From contig QPMI01000649.1 in the NCBI GenBank assembly GCA_004431415.1, positions 76,870 to 140,869 of the forward strand: a DNA stretch of 64,000 bases, read 5' to 3'. Below, one piece after another: positions 37,900 to 50,150 of the stretch. Below the pieces are notes generated by a model. That model did no database searches. It saw only the letters and a program-made list of their open reading frames with translations, and was not told the origin of the DNA. A program made the position numbers and the translations under genes. How positions within the stretch are numbered: position 1 is the stretch's first letter; each line of letters begins with the position of its first letter. This stretch comes from Cyanophora paradoxa CCMP329 (lineage: Eukaryota > Plantae > Glaucophyta).

Positions 37900-40373
37900 A
37901 TGAATCCGGATCCGGACAGTGCCTGTGCGCTCTTCGCGCTTGCTTAAACTTCGCAATTAATTGCACGCGCAACTGATATTGATTGCGCACTCGCGCGGCA
38001 GGCTCAAGCTTCGCAAGCATCTGCGCAGCTGCCGGTGCGCGCGACTCGCGATTGCGCCCACTCGCGATATATTCAACACGTGTATTCGCGATCGTGCAGA
38101 CGCTGCACCCGATGAGATCCTCGCACGTATTTTCGGCCTGCTTGCCGCCGAGGACCGCTGTTGCGCGGCAGCGGTCTGCACGGCGTGGCGGCGGGCGGCG
38201 CGGGAGCCGCCCTTCAGCAAAGAGCTCTCGCTGAAGTGCGCGAATTCGAATTTAGTTCTTGTTATCCAATTTCGCCCGAGTTTCGCCCGTCGCGTTGAAA
38301 TTGAATTCCGTTGACGTCCTATCGGATTTGAATTTAGTTTCGCAGGGTCTTCGTGGACGCAACATGCAAATCAGTCGAGCTCGAGGGCAGTCCGACCGAG
38401 GCTTTCAGGAGAAGACTGCGGGAACATTTCTTCGATGAGGATAATTTGCTTCATGAGGATCCGGCTTTGCTTCGGGAGCTGACCGCAGCGAATGACCGCG
38501 GTGGGCGCCGCGGCCAACTTCTTTCCGTGAGAGAGGCGGTAGCGATTATGCGCTCCCCGTTCTGCTCCGACATCACGGATCTCAAACTGGCTTTGTTTTT
38601 CACTAATCGGGACGTCGACGCGGGTCGATCGTTTCCAATTCGCGACGTTGAACGCCCTGAGCCCTTGTTCGTCCCGCTCGTCAAGACTCTCCTTACCGCC
38701 TCTCCCTCTTCCGTCGAAAAGCTGGAGATCGTCGAGCCCTCCTCTGCTAATTATAAGAGCTTCGAGAGCTTCGAGCCCTCCTCTGTTGTCGCCCCCCTCG
38801 TTCCGATGAGCAGCCTTCCCAATTTGCGTGAGCTTCACGTGTCTCAGACATTCGGCGGTTTCGGCAACGGATCCGGATATCTCCGCCCTGCCTCCGTCCA
38901 CGAGGTTCGAATTCGAGCTCTCGATTTTATGTAATTCATTTATCGATTTCATGATCATCTTGGTATTGATGCCAAGGATGCCAAGTATGTCATGATCACA
39001 GTATTGACGCCATATATGTGCAGTTAAATCGAATTCAACCGCATCCTGCTCTTGAGACCCTTGGCGTGGCTGTGTTCATGTGCGGTGGCAGAGACGATGT
39101 TGCAGCCGACTTACTCGAGCCATTTCCGTCCCTCCGGCGAGTTTCCAGGCTCTTCCTGGGCAACAGCGGCCACGCAAACGATTTCTCGGGCATGGGCAGT
39201 GGGGCGGAAGAAGACCTGCACGACCTCGCAAAAGCGGGGGTGCAGTTCAGCCACCTGTCGCTTCTTCTGTGCGATCTCGCCTCCGACAGCGCGGCCCGAG
39301 ACCTGGCGGCAGTCGTGCAGTCGAGCGTGCAGTTATTCGAGTGTCGCCTTCCAGCCAGTTGGCCGGAGGGGGCCTTTCATGGACTTGAAAGGTTCGGAAA
39401 TTCGAAATATTAATCGGCATCGATAATGTGCATGATCGCCGATTTAATTTGCATGAATCTTGGTGTTCGCAGTCTTCTCGTGTACAAGTGCCGTCTCACC
39501 CCTGCGATAATCCAATGGCTTGGCAGTGAGTCGAGTCATATTAAGATTTGCCCCGATCGCAACTAGCAGCCGCATTCCAATTATAGAGACTACCGCATCA
39601 AATGATTTGCGAATTTCAGGTGGCGCGCACGTCGCGACATTGAAGAAATTAACCCTAAGCCTGGCTCTCGACGACTACACGGTCAATCCGCGACCGGAAT
39701 CTCAAGATCGCGGGCCTCAATTCGATACCCACCACATCCCGGGCAAGCATGCGCAATATAAGCCTGCATGGGCGTTTGGGCGTTAGACGCAATATAAGCC
39801 TGCATGGGCGTCCAGTCTAGACCTGATTACTATATTTCCGCCGGCGCCTCGCAGAGCTGTTAGCGGCCCTCGAAAACCTGGATAAGGGGACGAAGGTGGA
39901 GCTGCTAATCAGCGGGCCCTGGCCCCACGAGGAGATCGCCGCTCTCGTGGAAGGCCTCTGCGCCTGCGAGAGGCTCCGCGGCCGCGTCCAGCTCAAGCTC
40001 TGCGGGTCCTTCGGCCTCGGCCTGTTTTCTTCGTTTGATCCAGAAGGCTGCAGGCAGCCGTGCGCGTGGGTGAGTGCGTGCGCATGCTGAGAGTTTCGTG
40101 TGCACGTGATATCGATCTGGCGCGTTGACGCGAATTTTGAAAATATTTGCACAGACCATCGGCCTCGCGCGATCTCGCGCGAATTACGATATCGATCAAT
40201 ATCGCGAGATGCAGAACATGTGTCCCGAGGAGCTTTCGAACCTGCTGTGGAGCCACGAAGAGCTGGAGGCAATGAATAAAAGCGGACTGCATGTCAATAG
40301 CGACTATTTTCACCTCGCAACAAATGCTGATGATTTAATATGGACGGATGGCGAAAAAATTGTAGACTGGTAA
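37900..40373 (+). CDS. Divergent F-box/LRR-like protein, lower GC; multi-exon
   Basis: F-box PDEILARIFGLLAAEDRCCAAAVCTAWRRAAREP. LRR-like LPNLRELHV, HPALETLGV, FPSLRRVSRLFL, LKKLTLSL. Last exon ends DGEKIVDW-TAA at 40373. Confidence 0.7.
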
Positions 40374-40625
40374 ATTTCTGCTGCTGATGTCTTGCATATC
40401 ATTGAATTGCGGTTGCCATTGCCACATGCGGGTGGGGAGTTCTAGACCTAGAAGGGCGAGTTTCGATCAAAATTTAGTGCGCGCATGAGAAGCTGCAGCT
40501 GTTCTGTAGGCACAAGGGCGTGTCGTCGTGTCGAACCCATGCTGGACCGAGGAAGAACTGGACCGCAGGCCTAGGGAAGCCTACGGGATTCGGGAATTCG
40601 AAGTCTTTTGAAGGGATTCCGGATT

Positions 40626-41924
40626 CGCCGTCGGCCCCCAGCCGGAGACCCGCAACGACGACAAATGCATATTCTACATGCACATACCAACCCCCCGCCG
40701 GCGTGCCCCGTACCCCCATTGACGGCGCGGTACCCCCGCAGGTACTCGGGCAAGACGGTCGAGATCAACAACACCGACGCGGAGGGCCGCCTCGTGCTCG
40801 CCGACGGGGTGCGCCCCCCGCCCCGCCCCTTTTTTCGCCCTTTCATTAATCGCGTACCCCTCCCCAGCTCGCGTACGCGGTGAAGCACCTGCAGCCGGAC
40901 GTGATCCTCGACATGGCGACCCTCACGGGCGCCCAGGTCCGCGTACCCCCCGTCCCCCCACGCCCGCCCCTCCTCCTCCGGCCTTACCTCCGGAACGCAG
41001 GACGTCGCGACGGGCCAGAAGCACGCCGCGGTGCCCCTCCACACTCCCCCCCCCCCACGCCCCTCCCCGCGCCCCTCTGGCCCCCCTGAGCCCCCCCCCC
41101 CCAAGATCATCGCGAACGACGAGGAGCTGGAGGGGGCGTGCGTGCGCGCGGGGCGCGCCTCGGGCGACCTCGTCCACCCCCTCCTCGTGCGGCCCCTGGG
41201 AGGGTGGGGCGAGGGAGGGCGGGGCGGAGAGGGCAGAGACGCTGCGCATCTAGTCCGGGCCTCTGATGGCAGATCCGTGGTCGGACTGACCGTCCGCCCG
41301 CGCAGTACTGCCCGGAGTTCTTCCGCGGCGAGTTCTCCAGCTCCGTCGCCGACATAAAGAACAGGCGCGCCGGGCCCTCCTCCCGGGCTACTTCTCGCCC
41401 CCCGCTGACGCGGGGCCTCCGCCTCCCTCTGCAGCGTGAAGAACCGCATGAACGCATCCTCCTCCTGCGCCGCCCAGGTCCCGCCCCTTTCTCTCCCTGC
41501 TAGATAATCGGGCGGGACGCGGGGATGGGAAACAGTAACATGGCGGGATACGATGACGGTGGCTCGAGCTAGCTAGCCCCTCGAATCCGATCCCCGCCCC
41601 CGATCCGCCCGCTCATCGTTTGCCCCTCTATTTTATTTTTAGTTCCTGGCGGACCACCTCGGGGAGTACGCCGGCAAGTGGGTCCACGTCGACATGGGTG
41701 CGGAGTGTACCCCCCTCTCTCTTCCCCCCCCATCTCCTTCCCCAGCGTCTCAATATCCGGGCGCAGCGTACCCCGTGCACAGCGGGGAGCGGGCGACGGG
41801 GTACGGCGTCGCCCTCATCACCGAGCTCTTCGGGCGCTAGGCGCCGCGCTTGCGCTTGTTCCTATACCCGAACAGTTACTGCTCCCTGTCTCGCGCGCCC
41901 ACTGATGCAGCGAGTCTGTGGCGC
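40626..41924 (+). pseudogene. 5'-truncated, intron-containing duplicate of the 3' half of the M17 aminopeptidase gene (source 36305-37684)
   Basis: Exons from [15 protein letters not shown] to LITELFGR* and about 85 bp of 3' UTR are nearly identical to the source. The first partial exon is degraded and the N-terminal half is absent. Substitutions GVATG>DVATG and DMKN>DIKN. Confidence 0.85.
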
Positions 41925-41937
41925 CATCGGATCAGGG

Positions 41938-42081
41938 AGCCCTAGATCTAGAGGAGGGAGCCCTAGAGGATCCGGTGGGGTTGGGAGGGGGGGGGGCCCT
42001 GAGGATCCGCCGAGGGGCCTAGAGGAGGAAGCCCTAGAGGAGGAAGCCCTCCTCCTAGAGGGGCCTAGAGGAGGAAGCCCT
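41938..42081. repeat. Purine-rich repeats (cctagaggaggaagc) at the duplication breakpoint
   Basis: Several copies of cctagaggaggaagcc and variants directly after the end of the duplicated segment. Confidence 0.7.
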
Positions 42082-42290
42082 GGGCTGTCGAGGTACGAGG
42101 ATTTTAAAGGGGGGAAGGGGGGAGGGGGGGGTGGATTCAATTAAAAATAAAATTTTCGAAGCTCAAGAGGGGATCGATGCGTACGCGTGGAGCATGGAAA
42201 GCTTCGATCGAGGGTTTTTTTCATTCGCGAGTTTCAAGCTCGAGAAAGTAGCCGGCGCAGACTGCAACTGCATCAGCGCGGCGCTCGGGC

Positions 42291-45200
42291 ATGGCCGCAG
42301 AAGCGCGCAAGCAAGAAGCGCGCGCGGATGCGCGCCTCGCGAGAGCCGCAGTCGATCTCCATCTCGATCATCTACCGGGTGCACGCCTGCGTATGCAATT
42401 GCAACGAGCACGCGTACGCTGCAGCTGGCGATGGCTCATTCGCCGCGCGCGCGTGCGCAGACGACCTTCTCCCGTGCTTTATTCTGGCTTTCGTCAGCCA
42501 AGCATCTCGTCAGCCAGGATGCAGCTCGATTGGAGTCCTTCGCAGCGTCGGCCACGCCTCCAATCGGCTCCGCGCCGCAGCTCTGCACCCGCTCTCCCTG
42601 GAGGAGCCGCGCTTCACAGTTCGCGCTAATATTAAATTTTAAAATAAATATCGCTGTTCGCGCCCACTTGCTGAGAGATTCCCAGCACGAGGACACTAAG
42701 GCAGCCATTCTGGAATTCTGCCGTCGGGAAGGGCACAAGTTTCGCAAGCTCTGCTTGAGCGGGCTTCCTCAGTTGCAGTCAGAGGATATTTCAAAGGTAC
42801 GCAGAGAATATCGATTGAATTTGAAAGATCTAGCTAAAACGCGAATCAATATTTAATGCGCATGCATTTTCTCAGATCCTGGATTCGACTTCAAATATAA
42901 CCCACCTGTCCTTGGCGTACTCTGCAGACGGACAAACAATTGAACGTCTGCCGGAGCTCCCGCACCTTGTGCACTTCAATGCTTCCGACACGCGTATCAA
43001 ACAAGCTGCACTACACACTTTGCTCGCGTCTTGCAGTTCAACGATCACGAGTCTGTATTTGAGGTATAGAGTTTTGGTCATAACATAATCAATCAATCCT
43101 TAAGCTTCGCGCGCGATCGCGCAGCAATACCCAACTTGGACTTGAAGTCAAAGAGACGTCGACCTTGCAAAAAACCCGCAATGCAGGAAATTTGAAGGGC
43201 ATTCGTGTCTCAAGTATTGTTCAGTTGCTGCCCATGATACCGAATTCTTCTGGGTGCGATCTAGATCTGTAAACCAGAATCATGATATCTGCAAGAGGCT
43301 AGCGCTGTCTGAAAAAGGTTAACGTCAAGCTTAAGGTGTCTGTGTTCATGCAGATTCCCCAAGATGAACTCGCTGGATCTTTCAAGGACAAAATGTGACG
43401 AAAAAGATCTTCGCAATTTATTTGTTGATCTTCCCAGGCTGCAAGAACTTTTCATCGTGCGTCTCGAGAGATCATTCAATTTGATTTGCTGCGCATGCAT
43501 GCCGAGGTCTAATTATATAATTATATATAATATTCATGATATCGATGCAACCGAAGGTAAAGCCTTTGCAATTGCGAGAGCGTGGAGGATCCGGAGTCAG
43601 TCACATGCAAGGCCTAGGAGCTCGCCAAGAGGTGGTCGAGTGGTCTGCAAAGAAATTGTGCGCAGCGGCTTTCCAGAATCGAAGGGACATCATAGTCGTC
43701 CACGATGATTTCTTAGAGTTGGTGAGACCTAATCTTTCTTGCATGACTTCGAATTCATAAATAATTCGTTTTGCAATAAATACCTGCTGGAACAGGTCAG
43801 CGAGTTGTTCTTTGAGTCTGCAGCTGGACCCGGGAGTTACGATCGCGATCGGTAATTCTAATTCTGTATATACAAATTACCGATTAGGTTCTCATCAGGT
43901 TTCTGTGCAGATCTAGAACAATAACCAGGGAGGAACTGTTTCAGAACCTCCTGCCGATCGTTCAAAAGTGCTCTGGGTTCGATTCGTATTTCTCAAACGG
44001 AGCGACGCCTTTTCTTGGTGCGCATGCGCTCTCGAATTCGAACACGCTATTATATTTTGTTCATCTAAAATTGCTGTAGTCGTTTGCTATACCTAACATT
44101 ATAATAAATATAACATCCCTGCACGGGCACGTACAGCCGCCATCGCTCTCGGGCGGTTCGACCTAGCGCGCCGCTTCGTATCCGAGTTCGGAGCCTCAAC
44201 GGATTCTGTCATCCTTCCAGTAGGCTTTCGTGCACAACCCCGTACGTGCACGTGGGTGCGACCTGGTTTGCTAGCTTGCTTTTGATTCGAACTCCGAGCT
44301 CGCGCTTCAAACTAATTTCAGAAATAGGCTGCACCTTTTCCGATGGCTCCAGTACTGCCCATGGGTTTCCAGGACGTCGACGAGCGTTCTTTTTTCTCGA
44401 GCTCTGCGACGCACAGGTTGAGCGCAGCTAAGCCATTGGAACCATCGTTGCCTTCGAGTCTCACCAGCAAAGACAGTGCCGGGCAACACGCTCTCCATAT
44501 TCTCATGCAGGATACCTTGTCACAACTGGAAGGCCATTCCATGGCCAGTTCGCGATCGGGACCTGCTGTCCGAGGAACCCCGCGCGGTGCAACGCCGTCA
44601 AACTCCGAAACTTTGAAGGTGCGAGATCTAGCTCGAGCTGGATCAAAACATTGATATCATGATCATGCATGTATACGTATTTATGCGCATGTATTCTTAT
44701 ATGCAAGTGCACGTGCACAATCCTCTGATCTGATTATTTGCATATGCACATATATATATCCCGCATCGTGCTAATGCTTCCTTAATTATACGCATATGAA
44801 GTGGCCTATAACTAATTATCGTGTTCAGCTTATTCGGGAATGGCGCCTCGAACGCCTCGCAAGCCGACCAGCATGGCAGCGACAAAGCATCTACAGCTGC
44901 ATTACTAAAGATCAGGATCGGTTGAGCCGTTTCTGGAAAGATCCGCTCCTCCATCGACTCGTCACCGCCCTGCGGAGCGTGGAAGTTCCGGCAGACGATC
45001 AAAACGGTGCTTCGGAGTTTCAGCGGATCGCCTCTGCGAATGCCTACGGAAGGCCCAACGAGATCCCAGCTGTGAAACGAGTTCGGCCAGGGGGGGTACA
45101 GGGGGGGTACAGGGGGGGAGGGGCGGGGGGCCCGGGGAGCCCGGGGGGGGGGGGCCATGGGGCCCGCCGGGGGGCGACTGGTTCAGCCCCGCTGTGAAGG

Positions 45201-48200
45201 TCGACGGGTTGCGCACCGAGTAGCCTTTCGCAGCTCCACAGGAGTCTCGCTTGCATTTCTCTTGAAGCTTGGAGCCGACGTTTCCAGCGTGGTGAGGCTC
45301 GTCAATAATTTAAGCCGATCATAAGTTCTGGCTGGTTACTTGATTCGCGCAGAACGTGTCGGGAAAGAACATATTTCACATTGCGCTTGAGTCGAAGTCG
45401 AGCTCGAACTCGAAAGCGAAGGATCGCGCAACGCGCATGCTTGCAGCGCATTTATTCTCAACAGTGCAAGGCGAGGACGCAAAAGCGTGTTTGAATACCG
45501 TCGGTCCGATGCGTTATTACATTTCGACTAAACCTAATTCGAATTTTCTGCCTTCAAGAGCTCTTCTCACTCGCGTCAACGTTGAAACGTTGACAGATAA
45601 AAGTGGAAAGACCCCTGCAAGTGCTGCTTTGCCTTGCCGGCACGACCAGAGATCTAGAGTCTCTGCAGGTGAGGCAAATTTAAAACTACTTCAGATGCAT
45701 ATCCGGTATTATACATATTTAATGTTTTCCTCATTTGGAGCTAGATATGATCGAGCTGATCAAGTTCCTTGTTCAACGGGAGGATTTCTGCACATCTTCA
45801 GTAGACGGGAATGGGTGGACGGTCCTGCACCACGTCGCTCAGCACTGCTCGCATCTTTGGCTCGATCGCGAAGACGGACCCGCACCCGAACTCTTAGGTC
45901 CGCTTGATCCAAATGCAATACTAATCTGACCGCATATATATACCGGCGCGCGATCGCATGCTCAGAGGCCTTCGGAATCAAGCGGAAAGCGAAGTCCGGG
46001 CCTACTCTTTTCTCTGTCATCGGAACAATGTTAAGTGCGCGCATGAACATGTAATTATAATATGGTTGGTATAGATATCGATAATATCGATGTCGTGCTC
46101 AGACGCTCACGGAAACAAGCTGAATGCAAATTCCCTGGACAATTTTGGCCGGTCGCCCTTATTCCTCGCAGCTGTATCTGGAGATGAACATGCGCTGGAG
46201 GTAGCTATAGCTATAGGATTTCAGGCTCAAGCTCAAGATCTTAAAAAAGCTCAAGCTTACATGCTAAGCAGGCATTGCTGAAAATACCGAGCATCGACCT
46301 TAATCGTTCAGTTAATGGCAGGTAATTGCGATTAGAATGCATCAATATTTCTACTTATTAATGCTGCGGATTCAGGACGCCTCTATATGGCGCATGTGTT
46401 GTGCGGTCCTCCGAGATTGTGGAAAAGCTCATATCAGCCGGCGCGGATGTGAATATGAAACCGGCGGGGGGCCCACATCCTCTGCTGGCCCTCCTTGTGA
46501 ACTCTCTAGCTCGGCAGGCGTTATCCGATCAGATATTCGAATTCATGCGCTCCGCGTATCCCGCCTCCGCATTCAACAGAAAGGTGAATTCGATGATAAA
46601 TGATGAATGCAAGATAGCTGATGGAAGTTGCCATTGCAGCTGCAGAGCTTACTTTGCTCCAAATTCATGGAGCGGAACGTATCTGCCTGCAATCTTGTTG
46701 ATGTTGCGCATGGATGCTCTCGCAGCAACTCCCATACCATCGCACTGCGAATTTAAACTCGGCATGTGTGTACGTAGAGCACAGTGGAAAGAATGCCTTG
46801 CACTTCGCGGCAGAGCGGGATGGTCCGAACGTCAAGGCGCTCATGAACACGCAACTTGCGGAAGACTTCCATGCAGCGCTACATCTTCAAGACAATCTTG
46901 GTTACTTCACAACGATATCGATTCTAATCATGATCGATATTATTTGATGAACGACGCCTCGGCTTATAAATAGCGCTGTCATCGGCATGCGCAATTGCAA
47001 GCAGGTCGAACTCCGTTGATGTTGGCGATAGAGCTCGACAACAAAGACGACGCCTACAAACTCCTGTCTCGCTCCGACCTCCTTGCACGCGTACGACTTC
47101 AACATTCAATGCATTTTTAATATGCGTATTGAATTTTCAAGACACTAGCAGACCGCGCGCGCCCAGCCCTGTGCAAGATCGGCAAGTGCGGGCCGCGCGC
47201 GGAGGTGCAAGGGGGGGTACTGGTACACATTGCAGGGTACTTAGGGTGTGTGTGTGTGGGAGGGGGAGGGGGGGGGGGGGGTGGGGGGAGGGGGCAGAGA
47301 GGCAAGGCGGGCGGCCGGGCGAGGCGGGCGGGGTCGCGAGGCGGGCAGGTGGGGTGGCGTCGCGGGCGGCGGCATCAGGCAGGCAGGCAGGCGAAGGCGG
47401 CGGCGGGCGGGGAAGCGGGCGGAGGGGCAGGTGGCGCCGGGCCTTGCGCATAGCCTGCACATACGCAGAGCTGAGGCGTCAGCTCGCCCCGGACAGCAGC
47501 CGTGCGGGGGCGGGGCCCAGCGGGGGCGGCCGGGCCAGGTGCGCGGCAGCAGCGGCGGGGCGAACCTGGAGTCGACGACGCTGAAGCAGCCGGCGAGGCG
47601 GCGGGCGAGGAAGCGGGCGGAGGGGCAAGTGGCGCCGGGCCCTGCGCATAGCCTGCACATACGCAGAGCTGAGGCGTCAGCTCGCCCCGGACAGCGGCCG
47701 TGCGGGGGCGGGGCCCAGCGGGGGCGGCCGGGCCAGGTGCGCGGCAGCAGCGGCGGAGCGAACCTGGAGTCGATGACGCTGAGGCAGCCGGCAGGGCGGC
47801 GGGCGGGGAAGCGGGCGGAGGGGCAGGTGGCGCCGGGCCCTGCGCATAGCCTGCGCAGGGCCGAGGCGTCAGCTCGCCCCGGACAGCCGCGGCGCAGGGG
47901 CGGGGCCTAGCCCGACGCGACGTACTAGGAGCAGCTGCGAATGCTGCGACGCCGCGGCCGCCACACTCTGCTACGGAACGCCGGCCGCGGTTCAAGCCAC
48001 GCATACGTGGGGCCGAGGCGTGCAAGTGGCGACCCGCCCCGTGCTTGAACCGCGCTTGAAGAGCTTGACAACATCGAGCTGGAGTCTGCTCGATCATGAA
48101 TCGGAGTCCATCAGAAACCGAGAGCGTTGGCAAAACGCCGCGGCCGCGGGCGCGCACACAGCCGGCGTCGCGGCGTCTCGGGCGCCTTCTTCCTGCACTC

Positions 48201-50150
48201 TCGCGGCGCTCTCCGCCACCAGGAGCGGCTGTGCCCGCATTCGCCACCAGGAGCGCATCCGCGGCTGTTCCCGCACGGTGCAGGTGTCGCCGCCGAGGCC
48301 GCAGCCGGAAGCGCACCGGAACGCGACGTTGCGGGCGCGCCGCTCCGGCGCGCGCTCCGCATGCGGATGCTCGGCCCCGCGACCTCGACCTCTGGGCCGG
48401 GCTCTGGCATGTGTACCCAGCAATCGCCTGAAACTCTCAGGAGCACTTTTTTCCGGCGCCCGGTACAACAGGTACTTGAGGCGGCCTAGCGCGCCACACG
48501 CCGCTTCTCGAGCCCAGGCATGTATGACAGAGTTTGTAGAGCGCATTGAGAGCATTCAGGAGCACGTGGTCCGGCGCATATAGCAATAGCAGGTGAGGAG
48601 CGGCTTCGACATGTTTGCGCAGCCCCGCCCTTGCATTGTTTTTCGCCGCTCGCAGCGGCTACGATGCGATCACACCTATACGAGAGCGCATGCAAAGAAT
48701 CGCATCTTACAAAAATTGCTAACACAGAAAGTACGCCGCACCAACTCACCAGGGGAGCAAGGGAGGGGGTACCCCCCCTTGCAATGATTTCGCAGGATTT
48801 CGAAGGGTCCACGGCGCTCCATCGATGCTCGCTGGAGCTTGCCGACATCGGCTGTCGAATCATAGAAGCATGCCCCGAGGCAAGCGCCAGGAATTACCTA
48901 GTACTTGATGCAATTAATATGACGCAATTAACGTGAAGTAGGCCGTAAATCTGACAGATTATTATGGCCGTACGCCACTTCACTGGAGGGCAGGAGAGAT
49001 GTTTTCGCCACTGGATTCGCATTCGGCAAAGCCCCATAGTCATGGCCAGAGCCACATGAAGCGCTACGTCAAGTTGTTGGTGGCACGCTCTGACCTGGCT
49101 GCTCAGGTGCCTCGCACTTTTCTTCGGTATACGCGTATAATATCACATCAATAAATTGCGTACGTTCTCGCATGCAGGACTCGGCGGGACGTACACCTGT
49201 CCGTACCCTCTCGCAGTTGCCTTGTCCATGTATTCCAAAACTGATGGCCTCGACCAATGCATTAGATTATGCACGCGATCCGCGACGTCAGATTTGGTGA
49301 CGTATTCGCTGAAATGATGACAACCCCGCAAGTGCGAACGTCGGACGTCCCTATATTAATTAGAGCTTACGCAGGCTTGAAGTCGATGTCATTAGAGTCT
49401 AGCGCGCGCGAACTTGCGCGGAAAACTTGCAGTGTAACGACAAGCGCAGGTCAAGTACGCTCTTGAAAAGGCTGACACTTGCGGAAGCACGGCTCTTCAC
49501 CTTGCCGCCCGGGTGATTTTGCAGTTGTCTTATGGCACATGCTTATGCTGTTGCGCTGCTTATGCTATATATAGCTAATTCAGCGGAACACTGGGGCAGA
49601 TCTCCAACGTCGGAGTGGTGAGACAGTTGCTGCAAGCCGGCTCTCCCATTTCGGATGAAGGTCCGCTTGATGGCTGCGGCAAGCGCCCCCAGGACATCGG
49701 CTCAGCAGAAATTCGTGCTGCCATTTGTGGTGCGACCCCTAATTATTCTCGGCCCTCTCGCGATCGCCTACGCGATTTGTCTGCTTCAAATTCGTGATCA
49801 TTGTCTTCCATGTGACTAAACGCGTACGATGCGCAGAGCACCTGCGTGCACATGGACAGCATGCAGCTGCACCTACCTCAGAAGGCGAGCTTGCACATGC
49901 AGCTGCACCTGACGGCCGTTCTGAAAACCACTACACGCGCAATCGGGAATTCGAAATCGTTTCTCTGAAGGATGCGCTCCGGGCTCGCAACGCTCGTGCG
50001 GAGGAGGAGGCGCGGAGGATGCGCGAATCTTCTATTTCAGGTGCAGACAATGAGGAAGGCGGCGACGACGACGATGCCGATACTTTCGCCGATTATCTTT
50101 ATGACAGCGACGCGATGCCCGCACGCTACGGGTCCGGTTATTCCTCTTAA
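42291..50150 (+). CDS. F-box + LRR + multiple ankyrin-repeat protein, lower GC; multi-exon, intactness uncertain
   Basis: F-box LDHLP|DDLLPCFILAF...SNRLRAAALHP. LRRs FRKLCLSGL, ITHLSLAY, LVHFNASDT, MNSLDLSRT, LPRLQELFI. ANK repeats NGATPFL-AAIALGRFDLA, GNGWTVLHH, NFGRSPLFLAA, TPLYGAC...GADVN, SGKNALHFAA, DFEGSTALH, YYGRTPLH, GSTALHLAA. Stop TAA 50148-50150. Confidence 0.72.
47397..47890. repeat. 198-bp GC-rich tandem repeat, about 2.5 copies
   Basis: gaagcgggcggagggg recurs at 47412, 47610 and 47808 (period 198) with near-identical intervening sequence. Confidence 0.9.

Noticed and set aside
47397-47890. 198-bp and other tandem repeats as a CRISPR array
   Set aside because: No unique spacers, wrong unit size, no cas genes, eukaryotic context.
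47206-48783. Perfect 15-bp inverted repeat (tgcaagggggggtac / gtacccccccttgca) suggesting a 1.6-kb transposon
   Set aside because: The right copy lies in a short intron after an exon (ILQKLLTQK) that splices to DFEGSTALH to complete an ankyrin repeat. GTAC plus C-runs are also very common here, so a chance match is plausible.
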